From Octopus bimaculoides (Eukaryota): 64,000 nt of DNA. A model generated the notes under the pieces. That model was not told the origin of the DNA, did no database searches, and saw only the letters and a list, made by a program, of their open reading frames with translations. The DNA lies in contig NC_068981.1 in NCBI RefSeq assembly GCF_001194135.2, positions 125,456,422 to 125,520,421 of the forward strand, read 5' to 3'. The position numbers were made by a program, and so were the translations under genes. Within the stretch, counting starts at the first letter, position 1. Each line of letters starts with the position of its first letter. Positions 37,431-51,591 of this stretch are shown here, piece after piece.

Positions 37431-38017
37431 TGGATATAAAAATGACAATACTAATGATGAGAGACCGGGATGCATAATATCTACAAGTGAGTCTCTAATG
37501 ACCATTATGCTCATATCAAATCTCTGTATATTACTCTCCCTCTCATTTTGCAATTCTCACCTATTACTGATTGCTTCTCCTACAAAAATACCTTTCTACT
37601 ATCACAGCATCTCTGTCAGTGTAACAAGGGCTAGTATTGTATTCTTTCTGTAATCAGTCTCTGTTTACCATCAACCATCAATCTCTTTCTTTCTCCTCAT
37701 TATTCCCTACCCTACCAGGAGAGGGAATAATGAGGAGAGAGAAAGATTTTTAAATTAAAAGAAAATTTGAAGATGTAACAGTCTGTATTTTTTGTAACTG
37801 TATTGGGTTTACACCCCCCAAAATATAATCCAACGAAGCAAACCCAGATTTACCCATCAGAAGAATTACAGCGGAATTGCTCACCCTAAGTGATCCATCA
37901 TGCTTCTTACTACCTGAGAGATTTTACAGTACCTGCTTGGATAATTTATCCCTATATACTTATTGTGTGTGTGTGTGTGTGTGTATACATACACATATAT
38001 ATACATACTTAAAGAGA

Positions 38018-38330
38018 AAAGACCCCTTTGGTCATGAATGACCATGGCATTGAACTTAGAAAGATACCTTCCAAAACACAAATCCGGGCAAGGTTGTTTA
38101 TGGAAGACCAGCAGTCACCCATGCATACCAGCCTTCACTCTCCATGCTGCCAATGTTATCCAAGGGAAAGGCAAAGGCCAATACAGCTTGGCACCAGTGA
38201 CATCGATTCTCATTTCTACAGTTGAGTGAACTGCAGCAACATGTGTGCATGTTGAACTGGAGTGAACTGGAGCAACAAAGTGTCTTACTCAAGAACATAA
38301 CACACAGCCTGGTCCAGGAATCAAGGTAAC
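38018..38330 (-). mobile_element. SINE family E
   Basis: CGGGCAAGGTTGTTTATGGAAGACCAGCAG..CAAGAACATAACACACAGCCTGGTCCAGGAATC. Confidence 0.85.
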
Positions 38331-38665
38331 TACTTCAATATTGTGAGCCCAATGCTGGGTGGTTGGTGTTAGGAACGCCATCCAGCGGTAAAAATCCTGC
38401 CAAAACAGTCACAGAAGTCTTATGCAGGCTTCTGCCTGGCCAGCTCATCCCATCCATGCCAGCATGGAAGGTAGATGTTAAATGATAATGATGTGCTTCA
38501 ATACAGGAGTTACAGATGTATATGTGTAAAAAAAAATCTCCAGTCCATAATACTTCAGACAAAGATTTAAAAATATAACACCTATATATATATATATACA
38601 TTCAAATACTGTGAATATGCAGATGTGCTTCACGAGGATGCAGTTTGGATTACAACCTCTTCAAT

Positions 38666-38671
<6 letters not shown>

Positions 38672-38731
<60 letters not shown>

Positions 38732-38743
38732 NNNNNNNNNNGC

Positions 38744-38813
<70 letters not shown>
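38672..38813. repeat. (TG)n/(GTGC)n microsatellite with a small gap
   Basis: Direct reading of the sequence. Confidence 0.95.
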
Positions 38814-38815
<2 letters not shown>

Positions 38816-39411
38816 ATTCACACAACAACAAAACAAGATTGAAGAAAAAAATTAGCTAGTAATATATCCGATGTACAATTCAGCCAAAAGCAAAAACCTA
38901 AACAAGCATAGAACTAATCAAAAATTAATCAAAGCAGGTTTTATAGATAACGGTACAATCCTAACATAAACACACAGAAAGCACACTCCAGCAACAAACT
39001 GAGCTCATTTTGCGAGAGCTAAAAGAAACCTGGTGTTAATATTCAATAATGATATATAGAATAAGGACATCAATTGCCATGATTATTGCTTACTATAAAA
39101 CAGCAATAAAAACACTGCTAATAATCTCTATGTTCAGAAGATTAAGTAGGCAAAGGTCTAGAAAGTGATAAACTTTGGAATATTATTGGTGTAAATAAAA
39201 TATAAAGAACAATATAGGGGAGGAGAAACGACATCTTAAAAGAAAAACTGGAGTACATTCACCTAGCATGTAGAAGAGAAAGTTTCTCCCAAGACATGTA
39301 TGTGTGTGTGCGTGTATTTACATAGTTATGTATATACATATATTGTTACATTTGGGGATGCTTACATTTTTTGCCAATTAACCATGAACATATACGTATA
39401 TGTATGTGTGT

Positions 39412-39444
<33 letters not shown>

Positions 39445-39586
39445 GTTTAACGTCCGCTTTCCATGCTAGCATGGGTTGGACGATTTGACTGAGGACTGGT
39501 GCAACTGGATGGCTACACCAGGCTCCAATCTAATTTGGCAGAGTTTCTACAGCTGGATGCCCTTCTTAACGCCAACCACTCAGAGA

Positions 39587-39625
<39 letters not shown>

Positions 39626-39629
<4 letters not shown>

Positions 39630-39870
39630 CTTTTACCTGTTTTAGTCAGCAGACTGCAGCCATGGTGGGGAACAACCTTGAAGAATTTTTAGTTGAACAA
39701 ATAAACCCCAGTATCTATTTTTTAAAAGCCTGGTACTTATTCTGTCGGACCTTCTTGATGAACAGCAAAGTTACAGGGACATACACACTAACATCAGTCA
39801 TCAAGCAATGGTGGAGACAGACACAATTAAACACACATAGAACAGGCTTCTTCCAGTTTCCGCCTACCAA
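39626..39870 (-). mobile_element. SINE family B, truncated
   Basis: TCTTTTACCTGTTTTAGTCAGCAGACTGCAGCCATGG..CAGTTTCCGCCTACCAAATC. Confidence 0.75.
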
Positions 39871-39914
39871 ATCTGAGGAACCTCACAGACAAAGTGATGT
39901 GGGACAAAAAATAA

Positions 39915-40230
39915 TGGTTCTATACTGTATTGCAGACATCTCCCACAAACCATCCCTCTAGTTTTTTTAGTGACCACCAGATTGCAGAGAGTAAAACCCA
40001 GTCAAAAAGCCTTCTCTATGTTTATAAAAGCCAAGTAGAGTAACTAAGTACTTTTCCTGTAGATGTTACGTTAAACAAAGGCCATTGTTGGTACTTCCTC
40101 TAGGTATAAATCCAAAATGCATCATGTCTAGACTAACACTTTCCTAATCAGTTCTGCTATAATGCTTTCAATAACCTTCAGAACCTGACCCATCAATCAG
40201 GCACCTCTTACAGCATCTCTTTCGCCAACA
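39915..40230 (-). mobile_element. RTE LINE reverse-transcriptase fragment
   Basis: Minus strand QVLKVIESIIAELIRK..HFGFIPRGST..LQEKYL..AFINIEKAFDWV..AIWWSLKKL. Confidence 0.78.
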
Positions 40231-41899
40231 CAAAAATAAACATTAAAATGATGAATGACAATAATACATACACACTAAGAAGTTGTTACTATGTCTGCCA
40301 AAACTCAAATTTTCCTTCCCTTTATCATATTACCAATTTCCAATTTTAATTAATCGGGACTCTAGTACATTAACTTATTTCACAAACTTTTAATTTTTTA
40401 ACTGCTCCCCTTCCTACTGATTTTACTAAGCATTTTTCAACGTTTTCCTGTCTTTGATTATGTGTACTGATTTTATCAATTAAAGTTAGCATGCTCACTG
40501 CATTAAGTATGTCAGCACTTACTTCACAATATGCATCTATATGTTTCAGTAAGTATTAAACTCTGGAACCTTAATATATTAACACTGACTGCATTAATTT
40601 CACTTGTCCCAGAGGGTCACAATGACCATTAGTACAGTCACTATCCAGAAATATTTTTTAATATATATTTGTTACAACTATCATCTATAATGCTACTGTA
40701 CTTCATCTCAAAGATTCAATTTTAATGACAACTAAAACATTTCAATAAAAGTGACCACATAGGCTTGCAAATAATATTTACAGCTAATTACACTTTCCAA
40801 TTGACCTATCTTAATATTTCCACAAATGTTGTACTTGTTATGTCATACCTCATATCGGCATTGTTTCACTTATAATCAGAACTTTTTGATGTTCTTCAAC
40901 TTTTATCTGCTTAAATGCTTCCTTAAATAAGTTATTTTCACCCCATCTGGAACAGATAGTCATTGAAAGGACGAGCTTGAAAAACTTAGGGCAGGTGCAA
41001 ATTCTAGAGTATACTGCAATGTTTTGGGAAATCTTGTTGGTGGTGGTGGTGGAATTAAGGACACCGAATGTATTGTCTTTGACTATTTCGGATGTTAGAC
41101 ACATTGTAAAGATACAAAAGAAATCCTACTTTGCTCTTTTTACAGTTGCTATATTCTCTCTGCATTCAATGTCCAGCAATATACTTCTGATTCAAAACAT
41201 ATACAAACAACTTTTCATGCAGATAATGAATGCTTTCATTACCAATAGCTGTATTAGATTTCAAAACATTTCCTTCCCACTTATGAACCCTATATTTTGT
41301 TATCAACAGCTTCCACAACTCAATAACAGAATTAATTAGGTCAACAGTATATATATGTAACAGAATTTACCTCATACTATATATTGATTATTTTGAACAA
41401 AAGACAGCACTGATATTTTTGGTAAAGGTATAGTCAATTGAATCAACTCCAGAATATTACTTGTACTTGTTTTATTGACCCCAGAGTAATGGAAAACAAA
41501 CAGCTTCAACAGAATCTCAAATTAGCATGTAAAAGCAATACTGGGTATTGTAATGCATTTAGCCATCTTTTGTATTCACCATCTTGCCACTCTTACTAGT
41601 ATTTACTCTATATTAACCAATTATCAGGTAACAATTCAAGCAAGTTTTGATATAAATAGAAAATCTCACAAAATATGTGTAAGTACAAATAAACACACAC
41701 AAACATATATATCAACAAACCAGGTGTGTAACAACTAAGGAAGTAGACCTAAATTTGTTTTATAAATAGTATATAGAAGGGACTATAATTCAAGTTGTGT
41801 CCTCATGAAGCACATATGCATATTACACTAATTATTTTTGAATCTTTGTCTGAGGAGGCACCGTTTAGGAGATCCTATGCATGTTCTCCACATTATTAA

Positions 41900-42270
41900 T
41901 TCACTGGTACTTATTTCATCTATTCCAAGAGGATGAAAGCAAAGTCAACCTCAACAGACTTTGAACTCAGAACGTGAAGACAGACAAAGTGCCGCTAAGC
42001 ATTTTACCTGGCATGCTAATGATTCTGCCAGCTCACTGCCTTGTTAATATTTATAATATCATTATTATGATTAAGGTGGTGAGCTAGCATGCCAGGTAAA
42101 ATGCTTAGCAACAGTTCATCCATCATGGTTCAAATACTACTGGGGTTGACTTTGCATTTCATCCTTCCAGGTCAATAAAATAAGTACCAGTGGCACACTG
42201 AGGTCAGGGTCAATGTAATCAATTTACCACCACACTAAAACTCTTGGCCTGGGGCCAAAATGTGAAACCA
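41900..42270. mobile_element. Head-to-head pair of family A SINEs
   Basis: Minus copy at 41900-42045 and plus copy at 42073-42270, about 30 bp apart. Confidence 0.85.
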
Positions 42271-42804
42271 ATAGTATTATTATGATTAATAATAATATTT
42301 ATATACATAAAGTATCTTCTATACTGTAATGAAACACATGCCATGGGATTAAAAATACACCAAATTTTCCAGTCTTTGTTTAATAAACGAGAAAAGAATG
42401 AATGTTATCAATACTTGTAACTCTGGACCTTTCTGTACTATCAATGTTCATTCTCCTTCTCTTGTGCGGAAATGAGAGACCTTTATACAATCTAGGCTTG
42501 TTGATACCAAATCCTTCATTTTGTCTTTTCAATTTAAACCAATGTATTGAATTTGATCTCATATGTGTGTGTGTATATNNNNNNNNNNNNNNNNNNNNNN
42601 NNNNNNNNNNNNNNNNNNNNNNNNNNNNNNNNNNNNNNNNNNNNNNNNNNNNNNNNNNNNNNNNNNNNNNNNNNNNNNNNNNNNNNNNNNNNNNNNATTA
42701 GTTAAAAAGTAAAGGTGGAAACAGCACAAAAGTATGTTTAAAGATCTTTTTATAGTTGTTACATTATATGACTTTTATAAAATATTCCTGGTTTCAAAGT
42801 ATAT

Positions 42805-42952
42805 ATCTTACCAAATACTAAAAATTCAAAGTCAAAAATTAGGAAATAAGGAAAAGTTAAGAAATAAGAAAAGAAAAAATTGGAAAATATTTTTAAAAAT
42901 TGAAATTTTATTTCCTAGCTTTTGACTTGGAATTTCTAATATTTGATAAGAT
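42805..42952. repeat. Hairpin with 45-bp imperfect inverted arms
   Basis: ATCTTACCAAATACTAAAAATTCAAAGTCAAAAATTAGGAAATAA pairs with TTATTTCCTAGCTTTTGACTTGGAATTTCTAATATTTGATAAGAT. Confidence 0.8.
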
Positions 42953-44195
42953 GGACATACACATCAAAACTGGTAACCTTATATATAAATCAGTGAACCA
43001 ATATTCATGAAACTTTGCATATATGTTACACTAGGTAAATAGGATTTCAAAAAAAAACTATAATGTGCCACCTAGGTGGGTTGGGCAAATTATATGATAA
43101 AATGAGAAGAGTGAAAAAAGTATTAGTCTCAGGGAAACATAGAAACAGAGTGAGTGTGATTGATTGAAGAGGAAGAACAGTGTTGTGTAAGCAACAAATA
43201 TGAAGTGGCAGAGGGATGTTAATGTTAATACAGCTGTCATATACACACGACACTGCACACATAGTTTCGTAAATATATGAACACACACACACACACACAC
43301 AAGTAACTTTTAAAATGCTGAGGAAGGGAGAGAATGGTGGGTGTGAGGAATATGTAACTTTAAGGAGAGAGAGGGCTGGTGGCTTTTCTGCTGTCCATTA
43401 CAAAGACACACACACACATATGTACATACATACGTCTACACCATTTTACACTTGTGATTACCTGTATGTACGTTTGTAAATGTGTGTGTGTGTGTATCAC
43501 ATCCTATAAGTGTCTGTCTCTCTACTTTTGTAGGGTCTTCTCTGTTGCTGTCACATATTGACATTTTAAAATTACATCAAAATTTTCGAATTTCGTATAT
43601 TGAAATAATTTTCCACATTAAATCCAATTTTGTTATCTATTTGTTCCAGAAAAATTGCAGAAAAATGTTACTGAGGTTTAAAGTTTAATCAATTTTAGCT
43701 AATCAGAAAACAGAATTCGGAAGCTAGCAGTTTCTGCATGATAGTAGTCTATCATAAAATGAAAGCAAAATCATCAGGAGGAGGAATTTTTATTAAACAA
43801 ATGAAAGTAAAGCATTACAAAGACCAAAGTTGTAAGAAATTCTGAATTTTAAATAAGTTTTAATGAATAAAGTCATGTGAAACGGTTGAAAACACATGTA
43901 AATAATTTAAAAAGGAAAAAAATCCTCAACAAAGTTTTTTTGCGAAAAATTTCACAAATCTGTCCTGATCAAGAAGCCTATCAGGGAAGGTATACTGTGA
44001 CAGGGAAAAAACAAAAGTTTATATAAGACATTCTATTGTAAAAATTGCCTGGCATCAGCTTGTATTTTATAAAGGTCACTTAATGTAACAAACATTAAAA
44101 AAATCTTTAAACATAGTTTTGTACTGTTTCCATCTTAACTTTTTAACTATAAGCTTTGATTTGTATGGATTCTTAACCCCCACACACACACATCC

Positions 44196-44228
<33 letters not shown>

Positions 44229-44233
<5 letters not shown>

Positions 44234-44559
44234 CATTTTGAGCGTGGCCGTTGCCAGTACCGCCTGATTGGCTCCCGTAGGATTTTCGAGCGAGATCGTT
44301 GCCAGTGCCCCTGGACTGGCTTGTGCGGGTGGCACATAAAAGACACCATTTCGAGCGTGGCCGTTTTCGTGCGGGTGACACGTAAAAGCACCCACTACAC
44401 TCTCTGAGTGGTTGGCGTTAGGAAGGGTATCCAGCTGTAGAAACTCTGCCAAATTAGATTGGAGCCTGGTGTTGCCATCCAGTTTCACCAGTCCTCAGTC
44501 AAATCGTCCAACCCATGCTAGCATGGAAAGCGGACATTAAACGATGATGATGATGATGA

Positions 44560-44562
<3 letters not shown>
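44229..44562 (+). mobile_element. Young family D element (CpG-rich)
   Basis: GTGGTTGGCGTTAGGAAGGGTATCCAGCTGTAGAAACTCTGCC...GCATGGAAAGCGGACATTAAAC(GAT)n, with internal tandem modules in the 5' part. Confidence 0.88.
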
Positions 44563-44593
<31 letters not shown>

Positions 44594-45224
44594 ATATAGT
44601 TTTTGTAAATTCATACATTACACATCTTACATCATATAGTGTATTCCCCTTTAATTGTTTACCACATATTGTTTTGTAGTCAGTTAAGTAAAATGGTTAT
44701 AAGGGGAAGTTTCAGTAGAAACATCTCATATAATAAGCATTCTTTACAATGCAGATAGAACACACCCTTGCTTGTGCATGGATCAAATAGCAGTTCTATG
44801 TATAGTAACTGATCAAATAAACTAATGTTTGTCATTACCATAGTAACCACAGTTTCCCTGTTAACCAGTCAGGCATGACACATTGGGGAATTTAATATGG
44901 GGTGGGGGGGAGATTAGGTTGATCATAGTTTATCACTGTTTTTTTTTATTGATATTCATTTTTATTGATGAAAGATAAAGTCGTCTATCTCAGCAGGATT
45001 TCATATGTAACTAAATACCACAAGGCACTCCAACATTCTAATAATAAAAATGAAGGTTTTTAACTTGGGGTGGAGCACACAATTCTTAGTGGTAGAGTTA
45101 TAGATACCGAAACAAAGCTCACAAAATTGGATGAAATGCAAAGTTGACTCAGACAGAATTTCAACTTACCACATGCATCACCAATGCATTTTGTTAATCA
45201 ATCTATCGAGTCTTCTGTCCACCG

Positions 45225-45612
45225 TTGTTGTTGGCATTCCGTCAATTACGACGTCGAAGGCTCCAGTTGATCCGATCAATGGAACAGCCTGCTCATGAAG
45301 TTAACATGCAAGTGGCTGAGCACTTCACAGACACGTGTACCCTTAACGTAGTTCCTAGGGATATTCAGCGTGACACAGTGTGACAAGGCTGGCCCTTTGA
45401 ATTACAGGCACAACAGAAACAGGAAGTAAGAGTGAGAGAAAGTTGTGGTGAAAGAGTACAGCAGGGTTCGCCACCATCCCCTGCCGGAGCCTCGTGGAGC
45501 TTTAGGTGTTTTCGCTCAATAAATACTCACAACGCCCGGTCTGGGAATCGAAACCGCGATCCTATGACCGCGAGTCCGCTGCCCTAACCACTGGGCCATT
45601 GTGCCTCCACGA
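45225..45612 (-). mobile_element. Young tRNA-derived SINE family F
   Basis: Head GGAGGCACAATGGCCCAGTGGTTAGGGCAGCGGACTCGCGG..GGTTTCGATTCCCAGACC (A and B boxes). Tail ends in (CAA)n. Confidence 0.88.
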
Positions 45613-45669
45613 CATTATTATTATTACTACTACTACTAATAATAATGATGATGACAATGATAGTGATAT

Positions 45670-47000
45670 TACAGCAACAAGATGGCATGGCAAAATTGTT
45701 ACTGTGCAGGACAAAATGCATAGTAGCATTTCATCCTGCTCAAATTCCACTAGGGTCGACTTTACCTTTCATCCTTTCAGGATTGATAAAATAAGTACCA
45801 GTTGAGCATTGGGGTCAATGTAATCAATGAACCCCTACCCGCCAAAATTGCTGGCCTTGAGCCAAAATTTTAAATTATTATTACTATTATGGTTATTATT
45901 ATTGAAGATTGACATAATGCTTCATCAAAGTAAATACATAATTAGAAGAGCAAGATATGCAATAAGATTAACTTTGTTTATTAAACTAAACAATATACCA
46001 ACAATATGTCTGTTTCCTTCAGGTTCAAAATAAGAAGAAGGATAATCAAAGATGAAAAATGCACAGGAATGCCAAAATTCAAAAATTTATCTGGACTATT
46101 CTGCATTCCTTGCAAAACAAAAAAGACATTATCTCGTTTCACTTGTTTGTAACTGGTTAAAAGATGAAAAAATTGTTAATTTATCATTATCATTATTATC
46201 ATTACTAAGGCAGCAAGCTGGCAGAATCATTAGCATACAAGACAAAATGCTAAGCAACATTTCATCCATCTTTATGTTCTGAGCTCAAATTCCACTGAGG
46301 TGGACTTTGCCTTTCAGAAATCCTTTCAGGGTCAATAAGTGCCAGTTGAGTACTGGGGTGAATGTAATCGACTTACCTGCTCACCCAAAATTACTGGTTT
46401 GTACCAAAATTTGAAATCATTATTATTGTTGTAATTGTTGTTGTTTTTAATTTTGACAGCAATTTTGAGGAGGAATGTTAGTTGATACCATTAACTCCCA
46501 CAGAAGACAGGTACTTTATTTTATCATCCCTGGGGAGATAAAGCATAAAGTTGCCCTCGGTAGGATTTGAACCCAAAATGTAAAGAGCAGGAACAAATAC
46601 AAATACTCAAATGATTCTGCCAATCCACCATAATAATAATAGTTTCAAATTTTGGCACAAGGCCAGCTATTTAAGGGGAAGCATTAAATCAATTATATCA
46701 ATCCCAGTGCTCAACTAGTATTTATTTTATTGACTCGGAAAAGACAAAACATTACGTTGATCTTGTCAAGTTTGAACTCATAATTCACCATAATAATAAT
46801 GATTTCAAATTTTGATACACAAACAGCAATTTGGGGGTGGGCTGTAAGTTGATTACATTCAACTGGTACTTACTTTATTGACCCCTAAAGGATGAAAGGC
46901 AAAGTCGACCTCGGCAGAATTCGAACTCTGAACATGAAGGCAGATGAAATGCCACTAAACGTTTTGTCCAGCATGCTAATGATTTTGCCAGCTCACTACC
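45670..47000. mobile_element. Cluster of five family A SINEs in both orientations
   Basis: Plus copies at 45670-45875 and 46205-46420. Minus copies at 46450-46630, 46640-46790 and 46795-47000. Confidence 0.8.
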
Positions 47001-47793
47001 TTATTTACCACAATAATAAATGATAATGATAATCACCATCATTATCAAACCTGGGATTAGATCTAATTTTATGGTGTTCTGTAAGAGTTAGGATTGAGGT
47101 AGCAAGAGATTTGTGTAGAGAGGTGTATTTATAAGGCTGGTATCCTTGTAATCTTGGTCTGCATGTGACTGGTTCTGGGTTATGCACTTAGTTAAAACAG
47201 CATAAAAATAAATACTGCTGAACTTATAAGTATGATGATGATGGTGATGCTGAGGTTAACTACAAGGATTATAGAAATGATACTAACCCATCTAAACTCC
47301 AGAATTTAAATGTATTTTAAGTTTTTCTCCATTATATAAATTGCATATTTTAGAGAGTAGCTTTTAGCAATCTACTTCAACAATATAATACTTCACCATG
47401 TTTGCCATCCCAATAAACAGCACTTAAACCCAAATGACATGCATAGAAATACATTTTATTTATCTCCTAAGAAAAATTTTTAAGATGAATTTTTTTTTTC
47501 TTTTTTATACTTTCCATGTATGAATTTCTTTAAAAGAGCTCTTTTGTGAGACCTTATGCAAAAACAGGCAGGTAGATGAAAAGAAGTAAAATGGGTTTTG
47601 TCTGAAGTGGGATCAGAAAACCATAACAATTCATGATTTTATAATTTATTGGCTTCTTTTAGGTTGATACAAAGATTCTATACTTTAATGGAAGGAACAT
47701 GAGAAACAAAAGTGTTCTTAATGTTACACTGGAAGTGAAATATTTTGAATAGAAACTAAAGTTATGTTGCAAACTGGGTTTGTCTTATCTTAA

Positions 47794-47999
47794 TCCTTTC
47801 GATACCAACCTGGCTGAAACTGCCTATGGTTCTGTAGTACAAATGTCTTGTTTCCATAAGTTTTGAATTAAAATCTTACTCACAATTTATGTTCCTAACA
47901 TTAGCTTAATGATAACTAAGTTATTTTACTAAATTCTTTGTTATATTTAAAATTAATTTAAAGAAACACAGAGTAACTCTAAATACAATAACGAAAGGG
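47794..47999. mobile_element. piggyBac-type MITE family 1 (reverse copy)
   Basis: Reverse complement of 20781-21001; TTAA on the left. Confidence 0.8.
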
Positions 48000-49227
48000 A
48001 TAAAGCTTACACCTTGCTTCATGGAACATGTCAATAACAATTCCTTTCCCCCTCTAGATTCTCATTTCAAATCTTTCCAAGGTCAACTTCACTGTTTACT
48101 CCACTTGGGTCAATAAAATATGGACTGATCATATACTGGAACTCGTTCAACCCTTCCTATATGAATCTGTGTCCTTTTATTTTTTTTATTAGAACTGATG
48201 ATAATAATAACTGATTCTAATTAAAGTACAATTAAGGGGAAGAGGTAGNNNNNNNNNNNNNNNNNNNNNNNNNNNNNNNNNNNNNNNNNNNNNNNNNNNN
48301 NNNNNNNNNNNNNNNNNNNNNNNNNNNNNNNNNNNNNNNNNNNNNNNNNNNNNNNTGTAATGTGGCTGATGTTAGGAAGAGCATCCAATAATAGAAACTA
48401 TGCCAAAGCCAACACTGGAACTTGGCAGAACCATGTGGCTCACCAGATCCTGTCAAACTGTCCAACCTATGCCAGTATGGAAAACAAATGCTAAATGCTG
48501 CTGATGATGATAAGAGTGTGTGTGTGTGTGTGTGTGTAGGCCACAGGTATTGTGGGATGTTGTTTCAGGTTTGAATCCATTGCAAAGCTCTTTGGGCATC
48601 TTTTTTTCAATCATAGCATAAAGTTGACCAAAATCTATCAAAATCAAGTAAAGCCATGTGAGTGAAATTGGTAAATATAAGCCATATGGAAACTTCTTGA
48701 ATGAAAAGATGCCGCTGTCCTGCCCTAACTCTTCGAAACGCTTAGTTTAGAATAGGAGCAGCTGATGAAGGAAATGTTCTCTATGTAGTCTGTCTGTTTT
48801 CCTGTGTGTTCCTACCATTGTCCGAAAAAAGTTTGTTTTTCCGTGCTTTGTTTTTGGCCTCATTTTTCATTTTGTCCACATTTTTTTGTGATGTCCTGTA
48901 CCCAGATATGTATCTATATATACATGTAGATGTAGGTATGTACATACATGTACGTATATATGCATATACTCACATATTATTTGTATTATTACATATATAT
49001 NNNNNNNNNNNNNNNNNNNNNNNNNNNNNNNNNNNNNNNNNNNNNNNNNNNNNNNNNNNNNNNNNNNNNNNNNNNNNNNNNNNNNNNNNNNNNNNNNNNN
49101 NNNNNNNNNNNNNNNNNNNNNNNNNNNNNNNNNNNNNNNNNNNNNNNNNNNNNNNNNNNNNNNNNNNNNNNNNNNNNNNNNNNNNNNNNNNNNNNNNNNN
49201 NNNNNNNNNNNNNNNNNNNNNNNNNNN

Positions 49228-49787
49228 AATAAATATACCAATACATTATATTGTCTTTGAGCTTTTAAAGTTCAATGGTAATCCATGTAGATAATAGTTG
49301 GAAAAATAAGGATGCATGAAAATTGAGAGTTGTGTTAGGTTTAAAAAAGGAGCTAAATGTTTATGTATTAAGCAGGAAATGTGGTGTCAAAACAGGAAGT
49401 GTGTGTAAGGGGAGACAAATCTCTTTAGTTGGAGTTATGGACTCTTTGTCAACAGGAAGTTTATGTCTGTTCCTAGAGAAATAAGGTCACTGAGGGGTTT
49501 GTGTGTTAAGAAATAGTTGGAATTTCTCTATGAAAAGATTCTCCTTGTTGATTCTTTCTTGTGTGGAGATTCTGTCTTTACATTGATAGAAAGGGAATAT
49601 AAGGAATTTAGGGTTTTTGTTTCTGGCGCAAGAGTCTATGTGGCCACTGAGTGGAATTTGGCTGTATTGAGGGAGATTTATTTGTTCTTTATGGACTGCT
49701 ACTCTTCTATGCATTCTACCTTATTATTATTTTTATTTTCCTATTATTTCTCCACGTGCGGTTAACACAACCCCACTATTTACTGAC
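49228..49787. mobile_element. TA-flanked TIR element (same family as 2620-3432); left end in gap
   Basis: 49228-49478 matches about 2829-3090. A ~78-bp right TIR ends ...CCCCACTATTTACTGAC before (TA)n. Confidence 0.82.
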
Positions 49788-49800
49788 ACANNNNNNNNNN

Positions 49801-49849
<49 letters not shown>

Positions 49850-51591
49850 TTTACGGTTCCATTTAGGTAGAGTCAACAAAAAAGTACTACTTCCAGTGAG
49901 AAATAAATATCATTAATATATATAGTATGTGTGTATCAGCAAGGATCAATAGAATAGGTGCTGAAATCTAACATATAGATCAGATTTCTGCAACAATTCC
50001 ATCTACCAAATATCTCTCACAAGATATTCAGGAATCCAAGGCTAAGATAAAAAAAAAAACATATTCGCACAAGATGGTGCATGCAAAGGGATTGAACTTA
50101 GAACCTTGTTCCAAGTGTGAAACAAACATCTTACCCACACAGCTATACCTATGATCATGGAAGTCAATACTTTCCATCAGATAAAGTAAGGCTACTTTCA
50201 GGGATAGATAGAAAGGGTGAGAGAAGATAGCAAACAGAAAGAGGAGGGATAGAAAGAGGACAGAAAGGAGATATATGAGTTGATGATAATGATACATCAT
50301 CAAATAAAATTAATGGAGAGTGGAAAGACGAAATATGTGTGAAATATTCCATATTTCCACACAAAAATCATAAAGAAAAATACTGCCTTGTGAAGGTGAA
50401 AATTACTGATATGTGAGATAAATATTGTAAAACTAGGAAAGAGTTATTTTATGATAATCCAGTTTCATACTGATAACATCTAAAATCATTTTCCCCTTTT
50501 CAAGAAAACAAAATTCTGTTTCCCATCTTTTTACTTTTGAAATATGTTTGTATAAAAATGGCTATTTTATCTCCTTTTGTGTTTGCATATTATTTACATC
50601 AAAAACATAGCTGCCAGTTAGAAAGACTTTTAAGGATTACTTTACATTATTATTTTAATTTGAAGTTATTTTCTGAGTGGCTTTAAAAATAAAAAGGAAG
50701 CTAGAAAGAATTAAAAGAAAAAATTTTGGAGCTGGAAATTCTTAAATTTCTTGGGAAACTGCAGGAATATGTTGATACTACTGGCAAAGTAATTAAATTT
50801 AGGTCATACATTAGATGTTTAAATTCTTCAAAAAATATAATCCTGGTTATAGAGCATAATTCTATTTGAAATTTTTAGCCTAATTGGAACGGTTACAATT
50901 TCTTCTATACAAATGACTGCTTATCATATTTAGTCATATAAAGTGACAGTAATTATGGATAACAGAAAATATTGGTTGAATGAAAATAGCTGAGGAAAGA
51001 ATTCGGCATAAAAGATATAGTACCATCTGTGATATGCAATGTAGTGAAATAAAAAAAATTAAAAAAACTTCAGTCAACTGATTATTGAAGGTAGTTAGAA
51101 TTTAAAAAAAAAAAAAAGGGAAATTACACCAATAAGATCAGTTGATTGGAATTTTGAACAATATAGAGATTGCAATTTGGAGTGGGTGTGGTTTTTGAAG
51201 TCAACTGGTAAAAGCAACAGACATTTTTTCAACAAAACATATTCTACATATTCTACTCAGTGGATGGAGATCAATATGTACACATGTTTGTATTAAGTAG
51301 GCTTTATATAACTAGTAACAATATACCTGAGAGAAAATATTTCAGATGAGTGTTTGCATGCTAAATACAAATATGGAAGTGTCATAGATATGTAATATAG
51401 TGAACTGAAAAACTTCAATCAAATAAGTTTATTGAAACAATTAGTATTCAAAATCTCCTCCTGGGGGATAAAAAAAAAAAAACTTGGTTATCAAAGTTTT
51501 TCATCTCAGTAGTTTATTCAGATGAGAACAAACTGTAATTATTTACATTATTTACAAGTGACAGATATTTGTCCTCATCTTGTTTGTTGTT

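Noticed and set aside
40850-41104. 84-aa minus ORF with a GAG|GTATGA donor, and plus-strand peptide KDELEKLRAG...GGGGG
   Set aside because: All frames are closed just before the donor, and no family motif is present.
43700-43780. Minus-strand CUGAUGA...GAAAC
   Set aside because: No NUH triplet in register and no stem I.
48695-48800. CGAAACG...CTGATGAAGG as a type II hammerhead
   Set aside because: Stems I and II do not pair adequately. At most a heavily decayed PLE remnant.
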